Origin: an uncultured Chloroflexia bacterium
GTDB taxonomy: Bacteria > Chloroflexota > Limnocylindria > Limnocylindrales > CSP1-4
Length of the DNA: 64,000 nt
NCBI GenBank assembly: GCA_963833225.1
Contig: CAWHXD010000019.1
Location: 704,001-768,000, forward strand
Reading direction: 5' to 3'
Shown one piece after another: positions 20,011 to 30,475 of the stretch. The first letter of the stretch is position 1; each line of letters begins with the position of its first letter. Made by a program: the position numbers and the translations under genes. Under the pieces are notes generated by a model. That model searched no databases, was not told the DNA's origin, and saw nothing but the letters and a program-made list of their open reading frames with translations.

Positions 20011-20138
20011 CGCCTGCAATTCCATCGCGTCCTTGACTGCGAAAGCCGACTCCCGGGTCCCCACGGGACCCGCCACGCGCGGCCGGTCAGAGCCACTCGT
20101 GGGCGTGCATGCTCACGTTGCAGCCGAGGTACCCGATC

Positions 20139-21743
20139 ATGACGATGGCCGCTCCGACTCCAGCCGGGCAGATCGGGGGCTCCGTCCTGGCCAACCTCCC
20201 CGTCGCCGAGCTGTACGAGCGCGCCATCAGCGAAGGCGAGGGCACCCTGGCGGCCGAGGGCCCGCTCGTGGTCCGCACCGGCCAGCACACCGGCCGCTCG
20301 CCCCGGGACAAGTTCGTCGTCCGCGAGCCCTGGAGCGAGGCCAAGGTGTGGTGGGGCGAGGTCAACCACGAGATCAGCGAGGAGCACTACGACCGGCTCC
20401 GCGCCCGACTCATGACCTACGTCGCCGACAAGCGGCTGTATGCGCAGGACATGTACATCGGTGCCCACGAGGCGCACCGGCGCAGCCTCCGCGTCTACAC
20501 CGAGACGGCGTGGGCCAGCATCTTCGCCCGCAACCTGTTCCGCCGGCCCCCTCGCGAGGACCTCGCGTCCTTCGTGCCGAACTTCACGATCATCAACGTG
20601 CCCAGCTTCCAGGCTGATCCGGCGACGGAGGGCACCCGGACCGGCACGGCGATCCTGCTCCACCTGCAGCGGATGGAGATCATCATCGTGGGCACGATGT
20701 ACGCGGGCGAGATCAAGAAGTCCGCGTTCACGGTCATGAACTACCTGATGCCCGACGAGGGCGTGCTGCCGATGCACTCCTCGATCAACGTGGGCGAGAA
20801 GGGTGACTCCGTCGTCTTCTTCGGCCTCTCCGGCACGGGGAAGACCACCTTGTCGGCCGATCCGCAGCGCAGCCTGATCGGCGACGACGAGCACGGTTGG
20901 GGCGACGGCTACACCTTCAACTTCGAGGGTGGCTGCTACGCCAAGACGATCCGCCTGTCCGCCATGTACGAGCCGGACATCTTCGCCACGACCAAGCGGT
21001 TCGGGACCATCCTGGAGAACACCGACATGTTCCCGGAGACGCGGGAGCTGGACCTGGACTCCGAGCGCTTCACCGAGAACACCCGCGCCGCGTACCCGCT
21101 CCATTTCATCGGCAATGCGGACCCCACGGGCGTTGCCCCCGGACCGGAGCACGTGGTCTTCCTGACGGCCGACGCGTTCGGGGTCCTGCCGCCGATCAGC
21201 AGGCTCACCCGCGAGCAGGCGGCCTACCACTTCATCAGCGGCTACACCGCCAAGCTCGCCGGCACCGAGATCGGAGTCAAGGAGCCGTCGGCCACGTTCT
21301 CGGCTGGCTTCGGCGCGCCGTTCCTGCCGCGCCACCCGGGCGAGTACGCGCACATGCTCATGGACCGCCTCGACCAGTTCGACGTCCCGGTCTGGCTCGT
21401 GAACACCGGCTGGACCGGCGGCCCGTACGGCGTCGGGCACCGGATGAACATCAACCACACCCGGAACATGGTTCGTGCGGCCATCAACGGCGAGCTCGAC
21501 GGCGTCGAGACAGTGGTCGACCCGATCTTCCGGGTGGCTGTTCCGGTCAGCGTGCCCGGTGTGCCGCATGAGGTCCTGTTCCCCCGTAACACGTGGGCGG
21601 ACCCTGCTGCCTACGACGCGGCCGCTCGCACGATCGCCGGCATGTTCCACGAGAACTTCGCCAAGTACGCCGACGGCGTCTCCGAGGTGGTGCGCAACGC
21701 CGGGCCAGCCGTGTTCAACGCGGACGGGACAGCGAAGGGCTGA
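20139..21743 (+). CDS. pckA: Phosphoenolpyruvate carboxykinase (ATP)
   Basis: TGRSPRDKF, YAGEIKKS, FFGLSGTGKTTLS, LIGDDEHGW, NFEGGCYAK. Confidence 0.97.
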   Translation: MTMAAPTPAGQIGGSVLANLPVAELYERAISEGEGTLAAEGPLVVRTGQHTGRSPRDKFVVREPWSEAKVWWGEVNHEISEEHYDRLRARLMTYVADKRLYAQDMYIGAHEAHRRSLRVYTETAWASIFARNLFRRPPREDLASFVPNFTIINVPSFQADPATEGTRTGTAILLHLQRMEIIIVGTMYAGEIKKSAFTVMNYLMPDEGVLPMHSSINVGEKGDSVVFFGLSGTGKTTLSADPQRSLIGDDEHGWGDGYTFNFEGGCYAKTIRLSAMYEPDIFATTKRFGTILENTDMFPETRELDLDSERFTENTRAAYPLHFIGNADPTGVAPGPEHVVFLTADAFGVLPPISRLTREQAAYHFISGYTAKLAGTEIGVKEPSATFSAGFGAPFLPRHPGEYAHMLMDRLDQFDVPVWLVNTGWTGGPYGVGHRMNINHTRNMVRAAINGELDGVETVVDPIFRVAVPVSVPGVPHEVLFPRNTWADPAAYDAAARTIAGMFHENFAKYADGVSEVVRNAGPAVFNADGTAKG

Positions 21744-21854
21744 CCCACGCGGGGCCCGGCCCCAGCCACGACACCCCGATAGCCCCCGGCTGGGAGCGAT
21801 CCCGCGGGGAGCGACCCAGCGGGGCTGTCGCGTCCGGCCTGCGATACTTCGCCC

Positions 21855-22964
21855 ATGCGAGGGACCTACCCACACATCCGGGTCTCGGGCGGCCCGCGCG
21901 AGCGCGGACGCCAGTACGGGGAGCAGGCCCGCGAGCGTGTCGAGCGCAGCGTCGCGCTCTACCGCCGCGTGTTCGAGCACTACGCCGGCTGGTCGTGGGA
22001 CCGGGTGACGTCGCACGCCCGCGCCTACCGGCCCGCGATCGAGGCCGCCCATCCCCGCTACCTCGAGGAGATGGCCGGGATCGCGGACGGCGCGGGACTC
22101 ACCCTGGCCGACATCCTGGCCATCAACGTCCGCACCGAGGTGATGTTCGCGGCGGTCGCGCGCCAGGCGGCGGGGGAGTGCACGGCGTTCGCCGTGCTCC
22201 CCGCGGGGACCGCCGGGGGGCATCCGCTCATGGGCCAGAACTGGGACTGGATGCCGCACTGCACGGAGACCGTGGTCGTCCTCGAGGCCGAGCAGGACGA
22301 CGGGCCCTCGTACGTGACGGTCGTCGAGGCCGGGCTGCTGGCCAAGACCGGCTTCAACAGCGCCGGGATCGGCCTCGTGACCAATGCCCTGATCAGCGAC
22401 CAGGATCGGGGCGATCCCGGCCTGCCCTACCACGTGGTCCTGCGCGCCATCCTCGACGCGCGGACCCTGCCCGCCGCGCTGGACGCCGTCACCCGCCATC
22501 CGCGGGCCTCCGCGGCGAACTACCTCGTGGCGAGCCGGGAGGGCATGGCGGTGGACATCGAGGCGGCGCCCGGCGACCACAGCCAGGTGTGGCTGACCTG
22601 GCCGGCCCCGGACGCCATCGTCCACACCAACCACTACCTGGCTGAGACCGGGCTCAAGGACGTCATGCGCTGGTACGCACCAGGCAGCCCGTTCCGGCAC
22701 CGCCGCGCCTCCACGCTCCTCGCCGACAACCAGGGGCGCGTCCATCCCGCGATGCTCCAGTCGATGCTCCGGGATCACGTGAACCAACCGTCGGGGGTGT
22801 GCGCGCACCCGGACCCGTCGCTGCCCGAGATGGAGCAGGACATGACCGTGGCGTCGGTCCTGTACGACCTGGAGACCCGCACGATGTGGATCGCCGACGG
22901 CCAGCCGTGCGAGGTCGACTACCGGCGCGTGGAGTACGCGGGGCTACTCGGCGCCGCGGGCTAA
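21855..22964 (+). CDS. C45 family Ntn-hydrolase (acyl-CoA:6-APA acyltransferase-like)
   Basis: NVRTE...GE/CT autocleavage site, GQNWDW, HTNHY. Confidence 0.88.
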   Translation: MRGTYPHIRVSGGPRERGRQYGEQARERVERSVALYRRVFEHYAGWSWDRVTSHARAYRPAIEAAHPRYLEEMAGIADGAGLTLADILAINVRTEVMFAAVARQAAGECTAFAVLPAGTAGGHPLMGQNWDWMPHCTETVVVLEAEQDDGPSYVTVVEAGLLAKTGFNSAGIGLVTNALISDQDRGDPGLPYHVVLRAILDARTLPAALDAVTRHPRASAANYLVASREGMAVDIEAAPGDHSQVWLTWPAPDAIVHTNHYLAETGLKDVMRWYAPGSPFRHRRASTLLADNQGRVHPAMLQSMLRDHVNQPSGVCAHPDPSLPEMEQDMTVASVLYDLETRTMWIADGQPCEVDYRRVEYAGLLGAAG

Positions 22965-23969
<1,005 letters not shown>

Positions 23970-24189
23970 CCCTCGCGCGGGCCCAGGTCCGAGAAAGCGG
24001 TGCGCCTGCGCACCGCCTGCGTGCATGCCTGCACGTCGGGCGGTTCGCGTGCGCACCGGCCCATGACGCAATGGGGATGGTCCCGGATCTCGATCGTGGG
24101 CTACCCTGCCTCGTAAGGCCGAATGCAAGGGTGGCGGCTGCCCGTACCCGCTCCACCTGAGACCCACAGACTGGGAGGACCCGGACATC

Positions 24190-26385
24190 GTGCGACGCTT
24201 GAAGCTCACCCTCGCCGCGGCGGTCGCCGCCGCGCTGATCGTCGGCGCCCCCGTCGGTGCCGCGACCCGCCTGCCGACGGCCGCCGCGACGGCCGGGAAG
24301 GCCTCCGTGGCCCATGGCTATGCCCTGGTGCAGCTCCGGGGAGCCCCACTTGCCACGTCGAGCAAGACGAGGCCGGCACCCGGCAAGAAGGTCGACTTCA
24401 ACAACAAGTCGGTCAAGTCCTACAAGGCCCAGCTCGCGAAGCTGCGCAATGACTTCAAGGCGTGGCTGCGAAAGAACGCGCCCAAGGCCAAGGTCGTCCA
24501 GGGCTTCGACCTCGCCTTCAATGGCGTCAGCGTCAAGCTCCGTGGCACCTCGCTCGCAACCATCCGCTCCTCGTCGCTGGTCGTGCGGGCCCAGTACCAG
24601 GGCCGCTACTACCTGACCGCTGAGGACCCCGACCTCGCCCTCATCAACGCGATGGCCGGTTGGACCGCCGCGGGCACGACGTCCGCGGATGCCGGCGATG
24701 GCGTCAAGGTTGGCGTGATCGACTCCGGCATCGACCTGACCCACCCCTGCTTCAGCGATGCCGGCTACCCGAATCACCTCCAGCTGGGCGACCGCCGCTT
24801 CACCAACGACAAGGTGATCGTGGCCCGGGTGTTCAACATGAGGGCCGGCAGCCGCGGCTACACGGCCGAGGCCATCGATAGCCACGGCACGCATGTCGCG
24901 GGCACGATCGCCTGCAACTACGGCACCCCGGCGACGGTGGGCGGCGCGTCGATCCCGTACGCCATCTCCGGCGTCGCCCCGCGCGCGCTCCTCGGCAACT
25001 ACAACGTGTTCCCCGGCGATGTCGACAACGCCCGCAGCGAGGACATCCTCAACGCCATCGAGGCGGCGTACGTTGATGGCATGGACGTCATCAACATGAG
25101 CCTCGGCGGTCCCGCCAGCGGGATCCAGGACCTGCTGACCATCGCGGTCGACAACATGGATCGCGCGGGCATGGTGTCCGCCATCTCGGCCGGCAACGAG
25201 GGACCGGGTCACTACACGGTCGGCTCGCCCGGCTCGGCGGCGCGTGCGCTGACTGCTGGCGCCTCCACCGTTCCCCATTTTGTTGGTGCGCCACTCACCG
25301 CCGACGGCATGACCGTGGGCGTGGCGGCCGGCGACTTCGCCACCGTCGATGCCGATCTCACCGCCCCGCTGGGCGTTGCCTTCGCCTCGGGTGGCGCGCT
25401 GGACAATGCCTGCGCCCCGCTGGCAGGCGGCAGCCTCGCGGGCGAGATCGCGCTGATCTCGCGCGGTGCGTGCACCTTCTCGCAGAAGATCCGCAACGCA
25501 CAGGATGCCGGCGCGGTGGCGGCCATCGTCGTCAACAACGTTGCCGGTGACCCCACGGCCATGGCCCTCGGCGGGATCGCGAACGAACCCACGATCCCGG
25601 CCTACATGGCATCGCTGGCCGACAAGACCGCCCTGATGGCTGCCGACGGCGCCAGCGCCACGATCGGTGCCACCAATGCCTACTTCAACACCACCAACGC
25701 CGACATCATGGCCGGCTTCAGCAGCCAGGGTCCGACCGACGTGGACTTCCGGGTCAAGCCCGACGTGGTCGCCCCCGGTGTCAACGTCCTGAGCTCCATC
25801 CCGCAGTCGTACTGCGATCCGGGCGTTGACTGCTTCGCGTTCTTCCAGGGCACCTCCATGGCGTCACCGCATCTCGCCGGCGCAGCGGCGATCGTGGTGC
25901 AGGCCCATCCCGACTGGCCGGCGTGGGCCGTCCGCTCGGCCATCGTGAACACGGCCGACGTCGGCCGGCTCACGGTGCACACGAACGGCACCGATCTCCA
26001 GACCGACGTCAACGTCACCGGCAGCGGCATCGCCAACCTCGAGTCGGCAGTGAGCGCCACGGCGCTCCTGGACCCGGTCAGCGTCAGCTTTGGCGCGACG
26101 CCCTCGGGCTCGGGCGTGTCCAGGACGGTCAAGGTGACCCTCCTCAACGCCGGCGACGTCGACGCTGACTGGGGCGTCGCGATCGACGCCTACGGCAGCG
26201 CCGCGGGCGTCAAGTTCACGACGAGCGTCACGTCCGTGAGCATCCCGGCAGGCGGGACCGCCACGTTCACCGTCAAGGCCGCCTTCAGCAAGAAGGCCGC
26301 CAAGGGCGACAAGCAGGCGTGGCTGGTCATCACCGACGGCGCGGACCTCGTCGCGCACGCGGCCGTCTATGCCTTCGTGAAGTAG
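24190..26385 (+). CDS. Secreted S8 subtilase with I9 propeptide and PA domain (Vpr-like)
   Basis: Signal peptide; triad VIDSG / HGTHVAG / GTSMASP; ALISRGACTF PA domain. Confidence 0.93.
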   Translation: MRRLKLTLAAAVAAALIVGAPVGAATRLPTAAATAGKASVAHGYALVQLRGAPLATSSKTRPAPGKKVDFNNKSVKSYKAQLAKLRNDFKAWLRKNAPKAKVVQGFDLAFNGVSVKLRGTSLATIRSSSLVVRAQYQGRYYLTAEDPDLALINAMAGWTAAGTTSADAGDGVKVGVIDSGIDLTHPCFSDAGYPNHLQLGDRRFTNDKVIVARVFNMRAGSRGYTAEAIDSHGTHVAGTIACNYGTPATVGGASIPYAISGVAPRALLGNYNVFPGDVDNARSEDILNAIEAAYVDGMDVINMSLGGPASGIQDLLTIAVDNMDRAGMVSAISAGNEGPGHYTVGSPGSAARALTAGASTVPHFVGAPLTADGMTVGVAAGDFATVDADLTAPLGVAFASGGALDNACAPLAGGSLAGEIALISRGACTFSQKIRNAQDAGAVAAIVVNNVAGDPTAMALGGIANEPTIPAYMASLADKTALMAADGASATIGATNAYFNTTNADIMAGFSSQGPTDVDFRVKPDVVAPGVNVLSSIPQSYCDPGVDCFAFFQGTSMASPHLAGAAAIVVQAHPDWPAWAVRSAIVNTADVGRLTVHTNGTDLQTDVNVTGSGIANLESAVSATALLDPVSVSFGATPSGSGVSRTVKVTLLNAGDVDADWGVAIDAYGSAAGVKFTTSVTSVSIPAGGTATFTVKAAFSKKAAKGDKQAWLVITDGADLVAHAAVYAFVK

Positions 26386-26397
26386 CGAGCGACCAAG

Positions 26398-26431
26398 CGA
26401 AAGGGGCCCCGGCCGGCCGGGGCCCCTTCGT
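26398..26431. terminator. Bidirectional terminator hairpin
   Basis: AAGGGGCCCCGGCC / GGCCGGGGCCCCTT inverted repeat between convergent genes. Confidence 0.7.
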
Positions 26432-26452
26432 CGTTCCCGGGGATCGCGGGGG

Positions 26453-26926
26453 TCAGCCGGGGCCCAGCGGGCGCTCGCACAGCCGGACGTCGCCCCCGCC
26501 ACCCATCGCCGTGGCGCGGTAGTCGTAGGTCGCGCCTCCCGCCTCGAGGACGATCCGGTATCCCGGGGTGATCATGTCCGTGTACATGAAGCCCATGACC
26601 GGGCACCCGAGGGCGCCGCTCGGCCAGTCGCGGGACTCGGTGGAGATCACCGTGACATCCGCGGGGTCAACACCGGCACGCGCCGCGGCGTCGGCAATCG
26701 CCGCCTCGAGGGGGAGGCCCGGGATCCCGTTGGTCGTGCCCGGGATGGCGGTCGGTGGTTCCATGGACGCGACCAGGGGCGAGGGCACGGGGGTTGCCGG
26801 AGCAGGGGTCGCCGGAACTGGCGTGATGGTCGGGGACGCGGCGGCGGTCCCGCCGGTGCACGCCGCGGCGGCGAGGACGATGAACACGATGGCGGCGGGG
26901 AGACGCGGAGCGGATCGAATGGTCAT
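26453..26926 (-). CDS. Putative lipoprotein
   Basis: Lipobox-like LAAAAC, Pro/Thr linker, WPSGALGCP...ITPGY motif. Confidence 0.7.
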   Translation of the reverse strand: MTIRSAPRLPAAIVFIVLAAAACTGGTAAASPTITPVPATPAPATPVPSPLVASMEPPTAIPGTTNGIPGLPLEAAIADAAARAGVDPADVTVISTESRDWPSGALGCPVMGFMYTDMITPGYRIVLEAGGATYDYRATAMGGGGDVRLCERPLGPG

Positions 26927-27025
26927 GGCCCCTGAACGCGCGGCCCAACCCGGTGGTTCCCTCAGGCGCACTGCCCACGTGGAGGCGCCGGTTCCTGGAC
27001 GGCGGCACGGTAGACTCGCCGCGTC

Positions 27026-28015
27026 GTGCTCCACCTCGTAGCGCCTCGCGCCGTCATCGAGCTCGCCTATGACCCGATCGTCCGGATCGGTGACTTCAGC
27101 GTCCGCCTCGAGACCCTCGGCATCGCCCTTGTGGTGTTTCTGGCCCTCGTGATCGCGGTGCTGGTCGCCCGCACCACGCCCGTCGACCTCATCAAGCCGC
27201 CTGACGCCCCGGGGGAGGAGCCGGCCGAGCTCAACCACCTGCGCGCGGACGACCTGTTGTACATCGCCGTGGCGGCCCTGCCGGGGGCCGCGGTTGGCGC
27301 ACGCCTCGGCTACCTGCTGCTGCACTGGGACTTCTACCAGGCCAACCCCGGGGCGCTGCTCGATCTCAGCCAGGGCGGGCTCCAGCTTTCGCTGGGGGTC
27401 GTGGGGGGCGTGATCACGGCGTCGATCGTGGCGGGACTGCTGGGGGCACCGGTTGGTCGATGGCTGCACGCGATGACGCTCCCGGTGCTCCTGGCACTCG
27501 CGGGCGGCAAGGCGGCGATGGCCCTCGGCGGAACCGGCCAGGGTCAGCTCACCGACGCGTCCTGGGCGACGGCCTACACGGGGCCCGGACCATGGGGCTC
27601 GCTGGCACCCCAGCTGGCGGCCCACCCCGCCCAGCTCTACGAGGCGCTGGCCACCCTCGTCGTGATCATCCTCGTCGCCTGGGTGCTGGCGTTCGACGCC
27701 TTTCCCGGCCGCAATGGAGGTGTGTTCCTGTTCGCGATCGGGTCATGGGCGATCGCCAGGGCGATCGTTGCCGGGATTTGGCGTGACCCCGAGGTCATCG
27801 GCCCGCTGCGCGCGGACCAGGTGATCTCGATCACGATCGCGATCGTCGCGTACGGGCTGATGCTGGTCATCGGCTGGGTCGCCGTGGTGCGAGGACGCAG
27901 GGCGCGGGCAAGCGCGATCCAGGGTTCGGCGGCCGTTGCCGGGCCTGCGCCGCGAGGGGCGCAGGCGCCCGGCGAGCCCGACTGGCCGGACCCGTCGGTT
28001 CGCCCCCGGATCTGA
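27026..28015 (+). CDS. Divergent Lgt-family membrane protein
   Basis: GARLGYLLLHWDFY and HPAQLYE are Lgt-like, but the GRxGNF signature is absent. Confidence 0.75.
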   Translation: MLHLVAPRAVIELAYDPIVRIGDFSVRLETLGIALVVFLALVIAVLVARTTPVDLIKPPDAPGEEPAELNHLRADDLLYIAVAALPGAAVGARLGYLLLHWDFYQANPGALLDLSQGGLQLSLGVVGGVITASIVAGLLGAPVGRWLHAMTLPVLLALAGGKAAMALGGTGQGQLTDASWATAYTGPGPWGSLAPQLAAHPAQLYEALATLVVIILVAWVLAFDAFPGRNGGVFLFAIGSWAIARAIVAGIWRDPEVIGPLRADQVISITIAIVAYGLMLVIGWVAVVRGRRARASAIQGSAAVAGPAPRGAQAPGEPDWPDPSVRPRI

Positions 28016-28028
28016 TCGCCGGCTGGCC

Positions 28029-29252
28029 TCAGAGCGCGCCGCGAAGGACCGAGGTCAGCTCCTCGTCGGTCAGCAGCACCGGGTTCGTGCGCATCGAGCT
28101 CCCGCGGCCATCGGCAACGATGGCGGGGATCCCGCGCTCGTCCAGGCCGAAGGTGGCCAGGCCCGGGACGGCGAGCGCCGTTGCCCACCGGCGGAGCTCG
28201 ACCACGAGGGCGCGGCGGGCCTCGCGTTCTGGTGCCGTCTCCGGGAGCGTGGCGACGAGCCGGCCGAGGGTCGCATACCGGGCGAGGGCCGGCGAGCCCG
28301 GATCGCGCGATTCGAGGGCCGCGACGTTCGCCGCCGTGATGCCGGCGAGCGTGGATCCACACGCGACCCCATGCGGGATGGGGAGCTGGGCCCCGAGCGG
28401 GGAGGCGAGTCCGTGGACCCCGCCGAGACCGGCATGCGCGAGGCAGATCCCCGAGAGCAGCGCGGCGTAGGCCATTCCCGAGCGCGCGGCCGGCGCCGCG
28501 GGTCCCTCCGGGTCGGCGTGCCACGGCAGCAGCGCCTCACGGGCCGCTGCAAGCCCGGCGAGGGCGAGGGCATCGGTGACCGGCCCCGCCTTGGTGGACA
28601 CGTAGGCCTCGAGGAGCTGGGTGACCGCGTCCATGCCGTGGGCCGCGATCCGCGCCGGCCCGGCCCCGGCCAACAGGTCCGGGTCAACGATGGCGTCGGC
28701 TGCCACGAGACGCTCGTCGCGGAAGGATCGCTTGTAGCCGGCTGGGCCGCGTTCGCTCAGCACCGCGTTGCGGGTGGCCTCGGAGCCCGTGCCCGCCGTG
28801 GTCGGAACGGCGACGAGCGGCACGGGCGTGCCGTCGTAGGGGCGGTGGCCGGGGAGGCCCTCGAGATGCTCGACGACGCTCGCCCCCGACCGGAGCAGCC
28901 CGGCGATCGCCTTCGCCCCGTCGAGCACGCTGCCGCCGCCGATCCCGACGACCACGTCCGCCGCCCCGTCGTGATGGGTCCTCACGGCGCCGTCCACCAC
29001 GCCGGGGGAGGGCTCGTCCGTGATGGCGACCTCGCCCGTGACGGTGACGCCCGCAGCCGCCAGGTCGGCGAGGAGCGCGTCACGCCGGCCCGACGCGGCG
29101 AGCGATCGCCCGCCGGTCACGAGGAGCACCCGGTTCCCGTGCCCCGCCACGATCTCGGGCAATCGCGCGAGCGTGCCGGGCCCAAAGGTGATCCTGGGGA
29201 TCCGCCCCAACGCGAATGGCGGGACGGGCGCGATGCGGGCCAGCTCGGTCAC
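28029..29252 (-). CDS. Iron-containing alcohol dehydrogenase
   Basis: GIGGGSVLDGAK, VPTTAGTGSE, DAVTQLLE, GVHGLA, HGVAC. Confidence 0.92.
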   Translation of the reverse strand: MTELARIAPVPPFALGRIPRITFGPGTLARLPEIVAGHGNRVLLVTGGRSLAASGRRDALLADLAAAGVTVTGEVAITDEPSPGVVDGAVRTHHDGAADVVVGIGGGSVLDGAKAIAGLLRSGASVVEHLEGLPGHRPYDGTPVPLVAVPTTAGTGSEATRNAVLSERGPAGYKRSFRDERLVAADAIVDPDLLAGAGPARIAAHGMDAVTQLLEAYVSTKAGPVTDALALAGLAAAREALLPWHADPEGPAAPAARSGMAYAALLSGICLAHAGLGGVHGLASPLGAQLPIPHGVACGSTLAGITAANVAALESRDPGSPALARYATLGRLVATLPETAPEREARRALVVELRRWATALAVPGLATFGLDERGIPAIVADGRGSSMRTNPVLLTDEELTSVLRGAL

Positions 29253-29554
29253 GAGGCCGGCGTCTCCGGAAACAGGCCCACGTAGCGGACGCCGTAGCGC
29301 TTCTCGGCAAACATCTCGGCCGTCGCCTCGCGCCACTCGGCGTAGTGGGGGGTTTCCCGGTGCGCCAGCGCCGCCGCCTCGTCGACGTACCACTCGTAGA
29401 GCACGAACCGGGTGGGGTCGTCGGCCTGGCGCAGGAGGTCGAATCGGACGTTGCCGGGCTCCCGGCCCGAGGCCTCGCAGTTGGCCCGGCAGGCATCTTC
29501 GAACGCGTCGGCATGCTCCGGCTTGACATGGCAGTGGACGAGGGTCACGAACAT
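29249..29554 (-). CDS. ABM-family (LsrG-like) protein
   Basis: EPGNVRFDLL...FVLYEWY...HRETPHY. Confidence 0.85.
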   Translation of the reverse strand: MFVTLVHCHVKPEHADAFEDACRANCEASGREPGNVRFDLLRQADDPTRFVLYEWYVDEAAALAHRETPHYAEWREATAEMFAEKRYGVRYVGLFPETPAS

Positions 29555-29722
29555 GGCGGCAGCTCCCTGGCGGTGACGTTGCACCGAGATCACGAATCTA
29601 TGCCCGTTGGCCCGTTCGCGGGATGTCCGTCGGGACCTTCGCCCTCCGTCCGGCACTGGCCCGGTCGAGCCGATGCGCCGAGGCTAGCCCCGATCGATGG
29701 GATTCATCCAGAGGAGCGTTCC

Positions 29723-30136
29723 ATGGCCCGGCAGTTCGTCGTCCAGCTCGACAACCACCCCGGCGAGCTCGCCCAGCTCAGCCGCACCTTCGCCCAGCGG
29801 GGCGTCCAGATCCATCACGCCGCCTGCGTCGGGACCGGGCCCCTCCAGTGCATGTTCGTGACATTCACCGACGACGACGCCGCCAGGTCCGTGCTCAAGG
29901 GCCTGGGCCACGTGTTCGTCGAGGGTGAGCCCGTCATGGTCGAGGTCCCCGATGAGCCAGGAAGCCTCGGCGCCGTGAGCCAGAAGCTGGCCGACGCAGG
30001 CGTCCTGGTGAGCGGCGTGATCCAGGCGGGCGCAAAGCCCGGCAAGCTCGAGATGGCGTTCTGCGTGGATGACGAATGCAAGGCGCGCGAGGCGCTGGGT
30101 CTTCACGCCGAGGATTGCGTCGGCTGCTCGTCCTGA
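29723..30136 (+). CDS. Tandem ACT-domain protein
   Basis: LDNHPGEL and VPDEPGSLG ACT motifs; GAGGAG RBS. Confidence 0.8.
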   Translation: MARQFVVQLDNHPGELAQLSRTFAQRGVQIHHAACVGTGPLQCMFVTFTDDDAARSVLKGLGHVFVEGEPVMVEVPDEPGSLGAVSQKLADAGVLVSGVIQAGAKPGKLEMAFCVDDECKAREALGLHAEDCVGCSS

Positions 30137-30475
30137 GGCCGGAGGACCCCGGGCCCGAGCCCCAGCCGGGATCCCCTGGCCGCCGAGCGAGAGGTCGCCC
30201 GAAGCCTCAACCAGCGCGTGACGCGCCGGCTCGGGCGACCGGGGCCCGGAACGTCACGCGACTTGCCTCGTCGCGTGATGAGTGAGGCCCCTCGCGACCG
30301 ACCTGTCCCGCGGTGCGTCCGTTGGGGCGCCGCGCGCCCGGTGACGACCCCGCGCCCCCAAGGCGCCCGCCCGACGGCGCCGCGCCCCTGAGGCGCCTGA
30401 CGGCGCCACACCGTCGAGAACGGCCGTCGGCCCGGTCCGCGCGGAGCGGACCGGGCCGACAGGAGGCGGCGAGGA

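Noticed and set aside
19938-22808. 956-aa minus-strand ORF and similar long antisense ORFs (e.g. 6533-8212, 23938-25278, 41616-43292)
   Set aside because: Shadow frames of well-supported opposite-strand genes, typical of high GC.
30140-30470. GGCGCC-rich repeats between the ACT gene and hydA
   Set aside because: Irregular low complexity with no consistent period.
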